A stretch of DNA of 50,149 nucleotides, filler included, from Sphacelaria rigidula (lineage: Eukaryota): NCBI GenBank assembly GCA_964200075.2. It is 2 parts of 2 records of this genome, joined end to end, with 100 filler letters (N's around TTAATTAATTAA, not from the genome) between each part and the next. Parts side by side here need not be neighbours in the genome. Positions count along the whole stretch, not along the records: positions 25,129 to 50,149 come from CAXNAA020000184.1; 1 more part is not named here. One strand, given 5' to 3'. Of this stretch, positions 37,001-48,517 are shown piece by piece. The translations under genes and the position numbers were made by a program. The first letter of the stretch is position 1; every line of letters begins with the position of its first letter. Under the pieces are notes generated by a model that was given only the letters and a program-made list of their open reading frames with translations, was not told the DNA's origin and searched no databases.

Positions 37001-40000
37001 GGATGTGGCGCCTCAACGGTGATTGGTGCCGTGGGGTCTATGGATCAAAGGCTGCGGGTGCCCTTCAGTTTGGTCCTACGCGGCACTTGGCGGTAATTGT
37101 ATCTTCTAGTCCTTGCAGCCGCTGTTGTCAACTTTTGCGCGCGAAGGTCGCCAGACATACTGACAGTATTTTATTTTTCGGGAGCAGGGAGGAAATGAGC
37201 GTCGAATCCGTGAATCACCGTTGTCGTGTGTAGTAGGTGCGATGTTGGGAGTGGGGTGGGGTGGATACGGGGTTTTTTGTTGTATGTCGTCTTGTCTCTC
37301 TATCCGCAGTTAGTTTTGGTGGTGACCGATCGCTGCAGTATTCTTTTCGGTCGGCCTGGTTGGAGTGTTGAGGTTATCACAGTGTGTTATACTGTACCTG
37401 GGTGTATTTAGCTGGCAATAACAAATTAACAGGCCAGTGAAACAGCACGTTTTTGCTGTGTTTGGTTGTCTTGCGATGTATGTCTTACCTTTGAGGGGTT
37501 AGAAGTTAGAAGCAGAGGAAGTTCCCCACATAGTGACCACGGTAACAGTTCTTCGATTTTTTCGTTTTTTCTTCACGGCTTTGCTGAGGCATCAGCATTG
37601 CTGCGCGCGGTTTGAATGAACCAAGTGTACGGTGTGTGTGCTGTACTTTCCGATGTTCACTTCAGACTGAAAAGAGATACGTTGGAGTCAGTGCGCAATT
37701 TGAGGGGAGAAGTTCTTCCTCTGATGGCGCAGAAAGGAATGATTCATGCTTTGTCCACGGCAACTGTGGTACACGCGCAGTTATACCGCTTCAGCCATGA
37801 GAGAAGGCGCGACGCCTTGTGTCACCTCCCGTATATGTAAAGACCGTGATCATTTTGTGCACGGAATGTATGAGCTCTCCGCGCCCAGGCGTTTGGACCC
37901 ACGTAAATGTCGGTCAAATTTATCCCTGCCGGTGAGCTCATCTCGCACTCGAGGTGTCCTCCCTCTTTGCTCCCGGTCAACCGAAACGTGACGTGTCCAA
38001 GCCAACATCACCGCTCGGAGACATCGCATCATGTCCAGAACATCACACCGGCCCCGGAATAACCGCGTACATATTACTTTCGGTGAGGCATGAGTTCCCA
38101 AGCTCCAATAGGACATTGAGTCTGCCAGCGAAGATAGTCGAAGAGCGTGTCATTCTAATTTCTCTAAGTGAAACTGGTGTCTGGTCCGGGTAAATATTTC
38201 TATTAACCGTTTTTGCGACGTTTTTTGCTGATTTTTTTCCACTCTAGAACCCTCATCGATCTCGCTATTGGAGGGAACACTTCGTCAAACAGAAACCAAA
38301 CGCATCTTGCTTTATGGGGCACCTGGACATACAGCACTTTCTGCTGCCCACCTAGAATCATCCTCCAACTCGGAGTCTTGGGGGAGAACACCCAGCGTGC
38401 AGCTGCTTAACGCGACCACTACGTTCTGCCACGGACCCTTCCCCACGTATCCGACACACGGACAGATGGCACCCTGTGGGGGCTCTTAGACGCAGGTCCT
38501 GCTCAAAAAGTGCGGGACAATGAATGGCGGCGGTTTTTCTGTTGGACTGCTCATCATGCTTTCGCTGCCGTGCAGAAACTTCTGGGTTGGGTTACATGGT
38601 CGAAACCGGTTGCGAATCTCGAGCTTTGCTCCTCTCGTGAATGTGGAATATTTGTTATTAATTTGAATACCAAATGTGACGCAACGCAAACCAAATCATA
38701 CCGCAACATGCACCTTGGTGCATGTGATCCTTGCCGCCAATGTATTCCCTACTGTACGCCTGTTAAAGTCTCCTCTGAAATCGTGCTAACAACGCCACTC
38801 CAGGATCCTGTCCCTCCCGGTCCGACTACGATGTTACTGTACACTTGACCCGGTGGTGAAACCACGAAGAGACTATACATACCCCGGGTGGGTGGGTGGG
38901 AGAAACGACGGAAAGATTTCAAACTCAACCGCCGGCCCGTCTTCCTCGTTGCTCCAAGCTTAGTTCTCAACCTCCGTGGTGCAACAATTTTGCTACAGGG
39001 CCGAACCACAACCCCCTCACATTAGCCTAGCTTCTTCACATTCGTACCCGTTCCACAAACCGCAGATCCCGCTACGCTCCGATCCTTCACGGAAACCCAG
39101 TAGACCTAAGGATTTGTACGTGAACAATGATTGGTACTCGATTTTACTTGATTTTAGAGTGAACAAAGTTCTGAGAAAGTTCATGGTCTGGGGCAGGTGA
39201 GCAGTGGACCCAGCTCGTCCAGAACGTGTTTTGGTCCAAAATCGGCTGAAAGGCGTCGATTTGAGTCTTGTAAAGAGGCGAGCTGAGGATTTGTACGTAA
39301 ACAATGGTTGGTACTATGGAGATGCCGCCAATTGTAAACGCGACCGGAAGTCGCCTCGGACGGAGGAGACCTGAGCACGACTTCTGGCCCAAGAAATTTC
39401 TTCAATCTGTCGACAGTCTCCAAAACGGAGACTAAACTTGAATCGGACTCAACACGAGACCGTTGAAACCCAGACCTCTCTGGTCAGGTGGTCAGGTTAT
39501 GGAAGATCGAATCTACGACAACCAGGAACACTGGTACTGATTCTGCAGTACAAGTTCACCGGACCAGATCCGTAAAGTTTGTTCGGGGCCCTAAGCTTTT
39601 GCTCATGGCACTCTATGGTACATACGCAAACACCGACCATCAGCACCACTAATGATCCGATTATCGTTGTTCAGACTCAGATCAAGTAATACCACCATGA
39701 AGATATGGTACCTTAACGCCGGTCAACCCTCAGACGCTCAGACGGCGACAGTAGGTCATCGGTTCACTCCGCATCAATTTCACTTTGGAAGGGTATGCAC
39801 AATCCAGATGGACTACCCTCGCAGCCTAAGGGTTAAGTCTACTCCGCCGGTCCTGTTACAGCAAAAGGGCCTTTGTTCCTCCGTGTTTCTGATAGTTGAT
39901 TGACTGATTGATTGGTTGATTGATTGATTGTCGCACTCTGACCCCCCAGTCCAGCCGTGGTGTCATAATAGACTTACCTAGGCAAAACAAAACTGCAACA

Positions 40001-40504
40001 CGCTCTGAAGAAAAGAAGGAACAGGATGGAACAAGGGTCGTGTGCGCAATAAACTGCGTGTGTTCCAACTCCCAACACCAATGTATACTAAAAAAACTCC
40101 TGTGGTGCCCTTCCTTCTTTGTGACCCCCGCGGCCACATTTACCGAAAGGTGTAGATCAGCGTCCAGAATGAATGGGACGACAAAACAATCGACCACACA
40201 TAAAATATAGCATAAGGATGACATCATACTGTATGACATATATGTCATACCCTTTGGTCTGTACGACGAAAAATGACTGAACGACCACAACTGTGTACAG
40301 TAAAATCAGGAGCACATACTACACGGACGTCTTGAGGTATTATCGCGAACTTTATGCCACTACCAAGCCAGTTTGTTGCCTCATCATCCCATGCACCCTG
40401 GACCTGGCAAATAGTATCTTACTCTCGAACACAGCCATTGGTAACAGGGATTCCAACTGTACGCGACTATACGCACACAGGCAACACCATCTGTCGGATC
40501 TTAC

Positions 40505-40819
40505 CCTGAGCGTGATCCAGGAGTGTCGGATGTCCACGACCTTCTGAGACCACATGAGGCTCCTATCTCCACTGAAAGCGCTGATCACCGCACCCCGGCC
40601 ACCCTCAATGACCAAGGGGTTGCCGTCTTCCCCGTGGGTCATCGTGACAATCGGCTCGCGGTACAGACCGTCTGCTAAAGAGACGGTGTCCCCCGGCCCA
40701 GCCACAGCCAAGGCAGCTTCGATCGTGTAGGGCTCGCCGTCTGGGGAGCACTCGTAGACCATTGCCGCAGCTGCCGCGAGGGAGGCGATGGCTGTCGTCA
40801 GAAAAAGGCGAGAGTTCAT
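40505..40819 (-). CDS. First exon of a secreted right-handed parallel beta-helix (pectin-lyase-fold) protein; downstream exons not found
   Basis: ATG at 40819, signal-peptide-like MNSRLFLTTAIASLAAAAA, then IEAALAVAGPGDTVSLADGLYREPIVTMTHGEDGNPLVIEGG, the typical A-x-PGD-x-V/I-x-L-x-x-G-x-Y...G-x(3-4)-P-I/L-x-I-x-G beta-helix N-terminal cap. Canonical AGG|GTAAGA donor after codon 105. Confidence 0.8.
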
Positions 40820-40945
40820 GGTTATGCAGGTGGTCCCGTCGACTGATTTGGCGAGTAGCAGGAAAGATTCCGCTGTGAAGGATTTACCAATGAAGGAGTG
40901 GTGAGGGAGTTGGGGAACAGATGGAATGATGAGTGATGTGATGGT

Positions 40946-40982
<37 letters not shown>

Positions 40983-40997
40983 GGGGGGGGGGGGGGC
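40946..40997. repeat. ~50-nt poly(G) tract upstream of the beta-helix gene start
   Basis: Direct reading; it produces the spurious poly-Pro and poly-Gly ORFs in the ORF track. Confidence 0.85.
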
Positions 40998-41922
40998 GTA
41001 GAGAGGAAGGGGGCGTACTTCGTGTGCGGTATATCTTCGCGCTTGTGTTCGTTGTCATGCAATCAACGAATAGAAGGGAAACCGTTACTCAAACGACCCT
41101 CTGAAGAAATTGCGCACATCGAAGCCACTGGATACATCGTTGTTCCGAGTTGACGGCCCTATCGATACTCCTTCCTTTTTTTTGTTGCCCTTCACTTCAA
41201 CGGATGGCGTGCCATATGACACGTACGTGAAGTTTCTATTCACGAACATGCATTTTTCTGTCCATTCAGGGCATTCGTGTACCGTACGATACTGCTCAAG
41301 ATACGTACAGCCGAAGAGGCGCCCGCAGGTGGCTAGCAACAAACCGCGCAACAATACGAGGGGTGATCACGCCTTGATCGCGAGAGTGGTTGACAAAGCG
41401 CTCTCCGAAGTTTTTGTTTTGAACCAGCGCTAACCCCGAACCTAACCCTGAACACGATCAAGGCATACGAGAACCCTCGGTCAAGGGAGGTGCAAAGCTC
41501 GCTTTAGGCAAAGTGTGCGTTGGCGGACCTCAAATCGGCGCTGATTTGGACAGGCGCCGACTTGGACTAAAAGACGTTCTAGACAAGTTAGAACCACTTG
41601 GGACTGCCAGTCACTCTGAAACTCCGGATATGGGTGTTTGCTTCAAAACCAAGTAGTCAACCATTATTACGGCCTGAGTGTGAGCTCTTCTACTGTTCCG
41701 TTCGCTCTCGTGGAAAATTTCGTGTGATTCTCACGCGCAGTGGACAAACAATGGAGAAGAAATTCATCAACAACGAACGAAGTTGTACCTCACTGACTGG
41801 TCGACGGGAGAGGTGTATGCAACATTCTCAACTACGCGTAGAAAATACGTTATTGCTGGCATGCTACCGTTAGTTTTTGCAAAACGATATACCCTCCATC
41901 TTCGCAAGAAACCACGCATAAA

Positions 41923-42100
41923 TAGAGGTATCTCTAACTCGAAATTCCCGATATATTTCACAGGAATTTATAGTTGAACATTTCGGGACGTCAAGTTTGA
42001 GATGCCTCTAATGGTAGAGATATCATCTCAATCTCGAGATTCTCGGTATATTTCACAGTAATCAACACAGCAGGAACCTCGAGGTTGAGATATATCTCTG
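41923..42100. mobile_element. Two tandem ~85-bp palindromic mini-MITEs (41923-42010, 42015-42100)
   Basis: Termini TAGAGGTATCTC...GAGATGCCTCTA; same family as 43898-43977. Confidence 0.6.
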
Positions 42101-43897
42101 GAAGTAATGGTGTCATTATATACGAAGTAGTTGCTTTGCTGGAACCGTTACAGAAACCGGCTTATTATTGAGATGTGTACGGTAAGTGTCTAGTAAAAAG
42201 CAAATGAAACAACCAGGCCCTTTGAGTGACATGAAACGTGCATCACCGAGCAAGCTCGATAATGCCAATCGATTTTTTCTCGTTGTGGCAACTCTGTAAT
42301 GTGTGGGAGGACCGCGTGCTTAGGGGATCGCATCGAAGTCTAGACACCTTTATGGTTAGGGTTAGGCTTAGTGTTGGGATTAGGGTCAGGGGCGTGGTCC
42401 CTGTAGGGACTGGCCTGATTGGCTGTGAAACGTCGATCCTGGGGTGTTCTGAACTACGACTCCGTACCGGTGATGGACTTTCGCATTTTGCTATGATGCA
42501 CTAACGCACACCAAGATTGCCGGGAGCACCGCACGATTTGCGGTTCGTGGTTCGTGGTTGCCCAGGATTGCAGGATTGCATGCCTACTAGAGATTCTGAT
42601 CGTTGGAGATTTCTACTCGTCGTGTGGCGCAAGTTTCGGGCTCATGATGTCGATGCCAATTGATAGACCAACTTGTGGCCGTCAGGGGACTTGGGCCCCT
42701 TTACGGTCGATTGATTGTACTCGTGTGGGAACAAACGAGCTCTCCTGTTCTACGGAATAGTAATAAAAAATAGCCGATGATCTGTGGCCCACGAGGAATC
42801 GGAACCAAATATGGTACGCAATTCGGTATGGCAAGAGGTGCGATGGGCTGCCACAATAATAGATAATAGATGGTCGGTGATATTTTGTTCCTGGGTTATA
42901 GTTTTTGTTTGCCTTCGAGTGTCGAGTGGGAGAATTGAGCTCTCCCATCAGTACTACTGTAGTCCGAATGGTCGTCTTCGGCATTTATTATTTTATTGTT
43001 GTTCGTAATCGCGTCTGCGTAAACTTTTTCTGGGTCCTCTTCGGTTGATTCGATTTCCGTATAATAACCGGTGACCATGGAAGGCATCCACGCCATCAAA
43101 CAGCCGATCATCTATGTCGAGGATGATGCTTTTCATTGAGGATGAGAACCCGGAGGATAAAAATCTTCGTATCCACACTAAATCTTCGAAATATGGTTCC
43201 ATTTCTTTACCTACTGGTAGCTGCACCATCCTCAACACAGATGATCGGCTGTTATCAGAAGATGCATGTCCAGTACGGAAATACGTACGGTTAACCCTTA
43301 GACAGCGACCCCCCCGCTGGAAGACTGAGTAAGACTATCCATTTTTTGGGCTCAGAATCATTCCTTTGACACAAACCAAAACGCCTTTTCTACGGCGGAA
43401 GGGTCCGGGGGTGCATATGAGGTACATAGTTGTGAGAGTCATCACACAGTCGCGTGCAGACAGTGCAGTAGTGCTGTGGAATCTGAAGAGCTGCTATTAT
43501 TGCATCACGCCGCATAACTGTGCACAGCAGCAGTCGGTACTGTTTTGTGCCGCAGCTCCACGTACTGTCTACGCGTACTAGATCTTACAGTGTTGCACGT
43601 GTTGAGGTTATACGCAGCGTGCGTGTGTGATTTTGCACCATGACTGCCGCTGCGAACACGCTTACAGCACGTGCCGCGCTCATCGGCGCAATATCAATTG
43701 GGCGATTGGTACTGAGAATTCTCACTATACAACACGATCCGCTGGCATTGAGTCGCGGGCAGTACATTGTTCTACCCTCTCCGGCAGGCGCCGAGATCTT
43801 CAGGAAAAATGAAAGCTCATTCGCCGACCGTCGTGCGTGGCGTCAACTAGTTGAAAAGAGCGACCAGGAATATGTAAACCCACGTTCCAAAGGTCCA

Positions 43898-43977
43898 GTA
43901 TCTCAAACTCGAGGTTCCCGGTATATTCGAACGTAAAATTACTGTGAAATATACCAGGAACCTCGAGTTTGAGACAC
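43898..43977. mobile_element. ~80-bp palindromic mini-MITE, third copy
   Basis: 30-bp near-perfect inverted arms GTATCTCAAACTCGAGGTTCCCGGTATATT / AATATACCAGGAACCTCGAGTTTGAGACAC. Confidence 0.65.
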
Positions 43978-46900
43978 CTCTTCTAATTCCGAATCATTTC
44001 GACATCCGTTCATTTCCCGAAAGGACTTCTCCATCCCCCCTGACGTTCATAACCTCCGAGTAGAGGGGGGAATATCGAAATAGCGGATGGTGCTTTCACT
44101 TTCAAGACCAAAATATCGCCATATCGCGACCGGAGCGTGCATTAGCACCCATAGTTAATAATTACTGCGATTGTTGTGCAGGTTCTCACGACCCATCCTC
44201 GACAATACCTGCTCCCGCAAATTTTCAAATCCCCTGTTCTCTGTTACCGATACTGCTGAAATAGAACGGGGTGATCTCCGCGACGCTAATTTGCTCGAAT
44301 CTGCTTTTCGCTATGAACGTTTGATTCAGTGCAAATATGCAATTATTTCTGCGGGCAAGATGGCTGACACTATCACCATAGTTTTTTCACCGTTCGGACG
44401 AATCATCGCCAGTTCGAATCACCGAATCCACGCTTTTTGCAGGCCTGATTGCTCGAAAGAGAAAAATCTTGACCGCTGGTCCAAAAGGTCTCCACGCAAA
44501 TTTTGCGTCATTCCACGTGCCTGGGCAGCGTGTACCTAGGTTGCGACGCTGAAATAAAAACCTAGGAATGGATTCGTGCGGTACGAATCAATTGCACTAA
44601 AACCAAGTAATATCCAGACGAATCGTTAACTAGTCCGACCCTTGTGATTTTTCGTTGGATTAGAGACCTTGACCAAAGCGGGCGAATTATGATGATTGAT
44701 TTTGATTGATTGGTTGTCGCACTTTATGTAGGATGAAAGCAAGTATCCCAATTACGGCGAGGGACTCATCGCCGGGGGGGGGGGGGGGGGCGTCCTTATT
44801 TTTTGCTTGCTTTTGTCGTCCGGGAGGGGCGGGGCATTTTTCATGAGAGGTACCTCCCACGGTTGTGGTAATATGGCGCCGGATTGCACCGACACCAGAA
44901 TAATGCACAGCCGACAACAAGCCGGCACACTAAGCCCCATCGATGCATACCCGAAAATGATCCGCATCGTCCACGTCTGAGAGTCGCCCACCGGGCCCCC
45001 GTCATTTTTTAGGTCACAGAAGCTGATCTAAGAAAACATCTGAACACGCGCCAGGATCACTCGCCCGTCGGCGGAGTAACCGCCGGGTGGAGAGACCGTG
45101 ACCCTGTGTGCGTGCCGCAGCAAAGCACGGTACGGGAACACTCGGATGCCACAAGTGCACAAATGAAAAAGGTCGGACCGTGGAACGATTGCTACTGAAA
45201 TATTCGCGCAGGTCCTTCAAGGATCAAGCAGAGGCAACGCAAAAACGTCGTCGTTAAACAAACAGTCTCTGTGCCGTCGCTTCGGCGCGTATCATCGTGC
45301 ACCAAAACACAAGTCCTATGGCAAAAATTAAAACAAAACACAAGACCGAAAGCACAAACGATCACAGGCGAAGCATATGTGTAGACCTCACTACCACAGG
45401 TATAAACCACACACCCCCAGCCCCCAAGGGACCGAGATACTATACAGACAATCACAGACACCGACAACAAAGAACACACTCTGAGGAAGGCTACAAAATA
45501 CGAAGAAAGCCGAGAAGGAGGACAGAAACAAATCAGCCCGCCGAACACCTCGCCACAGAGGACAACTGAACCACGCAGTACGAGGCGCCTCGTACCCAGA
45601 ACCCACGGCCCAAGTCCGCGACTCAGTGGGCCAAACAGGGATACCTTTTGTGCTATATGCGCCGAATTTATCACACGACTCCACACTCCGGCATGGAGCG
45701 CAACACATCCGCAAACCCCGACAGCAGCCGTCCTCACGGATCGCTGCCGCCCCCAACACCACAACGCGTCGGCGCCGACATGTGGAGACAAAGAATTCGC
45801 CACGACCACAGAAGGATTTAAAATTCTTCGTGACAGGCGGGTAGACACCGTCACCCCAACTTCCGGCGGGGCAGACTATCGTGGATCCAAAGTGAGGTTT
45901 AGCTTCCCGCCCCCCCCTCCGTCCATTTATCACGGAGTTGTTACATCCTTCACACCGACAGCGTGGAGGCTTTCCGTAGACGCCTGGCAAATTCACACGA
46001 CCCCCTATCCCACAGCCAGGCGGAAGCCTTGCGTACCGCCGACGGAATCTCTCCATCCCCGACCCACAGGACGGGGCATGCCGCGGTGAACCAGTCCTGC
46101 CGAGGTATCTGCACCCTCCGTCCATGTGCCCCGAGCGATTTCCTTGACCTGAAGGCCGCCTGCACAGGGAGCCAAGGGTTAGAGGTGACGGGCGCGGCAA
46201 GGACACGGTGAGCGCAATGAAATATTGAAGACAGAGAGAAGAAAAATAGCGCGAGTATCGTGTGCATCGCCGAAGGTGTGGCGCGGATGCAGTGTGCATC
46301 ACAGCGGTGCACGCACAACGTGCACCGGCCACGACATTCTGTCGCCGGAATGGCAGGCATGAACGTAATTTGGTGTGGGAGATGGGCGCTGAAGTACGGA
46401 GGCAAGAGGTAGTGTTCATGCCATAGCACAGAAACGGCGAAGGCGAGACAATATATGAATGCGAACCCGCGGTTCGACAGAAAACTACTCCTATCGTAGC
46501 ACAATACTGCTGCCGCGCCCTGCTGGTGTCATGGGACTTTTATCACCAGTTGGATGGACGAAATGTGGATTCCATCCCCCAAGGTTTGTCTTCTTTACTT
46601 TGTGCGTGTGAGCTCCGAACTTCACTCCGATATCACTTGTTTCGACAAAAACATGGCCCGAGCGCGTAGCACTAATAAAAAATACGAGTTCTTTCGTATG
46701 CGATGGCAGTACTGTACACGGGTTAGGAGCTCTCACTAGGGCTTTCGACAGAAAATACATGTAGAAAACGCCGCAATCACCAAACCGTTGAAATCGTTCT
46801 ACTTCGTAAATTCCGCACCGCGGTCGAGCATAGTGTCGACGCACTTGGTGGCCGTCTCGACATCGAGAACGCGCTTTGATGGAGGCGTCTACGGCAGTTC

Positions 46901-47371
46901 GCGCACCGACGGCATAACGTGCTCAGTGAGTGTCTTGCAGCATTTTTCCATCGAAAAAAAAGAGCGATGGCGAGTAAGTTTTAGCGAAATTCGATATTTT
47001 AACTCGATTTGGGTCGAAGCGAACTTTCAAGCTTTCTATCAGAAAAGGACGGTGAAATTCGTGAAGCGGTAGATGGCCGTTTGTGAACAATACGGACAGT
47101 CCCTACTGTCTGCGCTGTTTGAATGCAGTGCATTTTGAGTTCGTGTCTGCATGTCTCGTGCAGCAGGATGTGAGAGAGGAGCGGGCAACATGCACAACCT
47201 CCACGGCAGCACCGTCTGTTCTCTCTGCCCACAATGCGACGTAAAAATGACTCAGACAACGCGCAGCTTTGTACATGCATTACGTCTATGACCGCGTCCG
47301 CGAGGGGGTTGGCCACCTCACCACGCCGTTCTAATCCTCGTCCTTACGATGAAAGAATATAGTCAAGTTTT

Positions 47372-48517
47372 CACACGTCGGACGAACACGAGAATAAATC
47401 GTGGCTTGTACTCGTTGGGCTGCTCGTGGTGAAAAAACGTATTAGGGCGAGTACTAGAATCATTGCTCGTGGTGAAAAAAAATGAAGAGGGCGAGTACTC
47501 GAGTCATTGGTCGTTGTGGAATACATTAATAGGGCGAGTACGCGAATCATTGCTCATGGTGAAAAAAAATCACACGTCGGACTAGTCATTAGTCGTCGAA
47601 ACGACTGCACTCGTGGACGGTTTTTAAAACACAACGAGCATGACTCGTGTGCACGAGTCATCGTTCTTTTTTACAACGAGCAACGACTCGTGTGCTCGAG
47701 TCATTCAGTTTTTTCACAACGAGCAATGACTCGTGTGCTCGAGTCATTTTTTTCAAGAACGAGCAATCACTCGTGTACTCTAGCCATTATTTTGTTACAG
47801 CGAGCAATGACTCGAGTGCTCGCCCTAAAACAATGTAAATGTACTACTCGAGAGATACTCTCCGCTGCTTTGGTAAAACTCTGACCATCATGTGTGTGGG
47901 GGTGCTTGGATAAACTGAAAACTAACTTTGGAGCTTGACGCTTGCACATGTGCAGACATGCATATTAACTTGAAGATTCCAGGTTCAAGATCGTCGAAGG
48001 GCTTCTTACAATTATTTGCTCGTCGGATTGCTGGCTACTCCACTAAAGTCATTCATCATGAACAATGAGTCGAGTGCCCGCCCTATTATTTTTTTTCACA
48101 GCGAGCAATGACTCGAGTACTCACCCCATCAATTTTTACCGCCAACGAGCAGCCCAACGAGTGTGACTGCCACTAGTCATACTCGTGCTCGTCCGGCGTG
48201 GGAAAAAAATATAGGGCGAATACTCGACTCATTGCTCGTAGTGGCGAAGATTAATAGGGCGAGTACTCGAGTCATTGCCCGTGGTGAGAAAAAATAGTAG
48301 GGCGAGCGCTCGAGTCATTGCTCGTGGCGGAGAAAATTCATAGGTCTAGCACTCGAGTAATTGTTCGTGGTGGAAAAAATCATGACTTCAGTGCACAAGT
48401 CGTCGGTCTTGGTGAAGACAAATAAATACCTCGAGCACACGAGCCGTACTCGTGGTGTTTTCAAGAAACATTAACGAGTGCACTCGTTTCGACGAGTAAT
48501 GACTCGTCCGACGTGTG
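47372..48517. mobile_element. Non-autonomous TIR DNA transposon (hAT/P-like) built of ~40-45 bp repeats; outer copy
   Basis: Termini CACACGTCGGAC...GTCCGACGTGTG; perfect 8-bp TSD CAAGTTTT at 47364-47371 and 48518-48525; repeat unit TAGGGCGAGTACTCGAGTCATTGCTCGTGGTGAAAAAA. Confidence 0.85.
47571..48202. mobile_element. Second copy of the same transposon family, nested in inverted orientation inside the first
   Basis: Starts CACACGTCGGAC, ends GTCCGGCGTGGG; 8-bp TSD AAAAAAAT at 47563-47570 and 48203-48210; repeat units are reverse-complemented relative to the outer copy. Confidence 0.82.

Noticed and set aside
40820..41062. Poly-proline N-terminal extension of the beta-helix ORF
   Set aside because: It comes from a poly(G/C) tract that may be artefactually long; the ATG at 40819 directly precedes a signal peptide.
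47400..48480. CRISPR-like array of palindromic repeats with variable linkers
   Set aside because: Linkers are short A-rich stretches rather than unique spacers, repeats are degenerate and flip orientation, the block is bounded by TIRs and TSDs, and there are no cas genes in this eukaryotic context.
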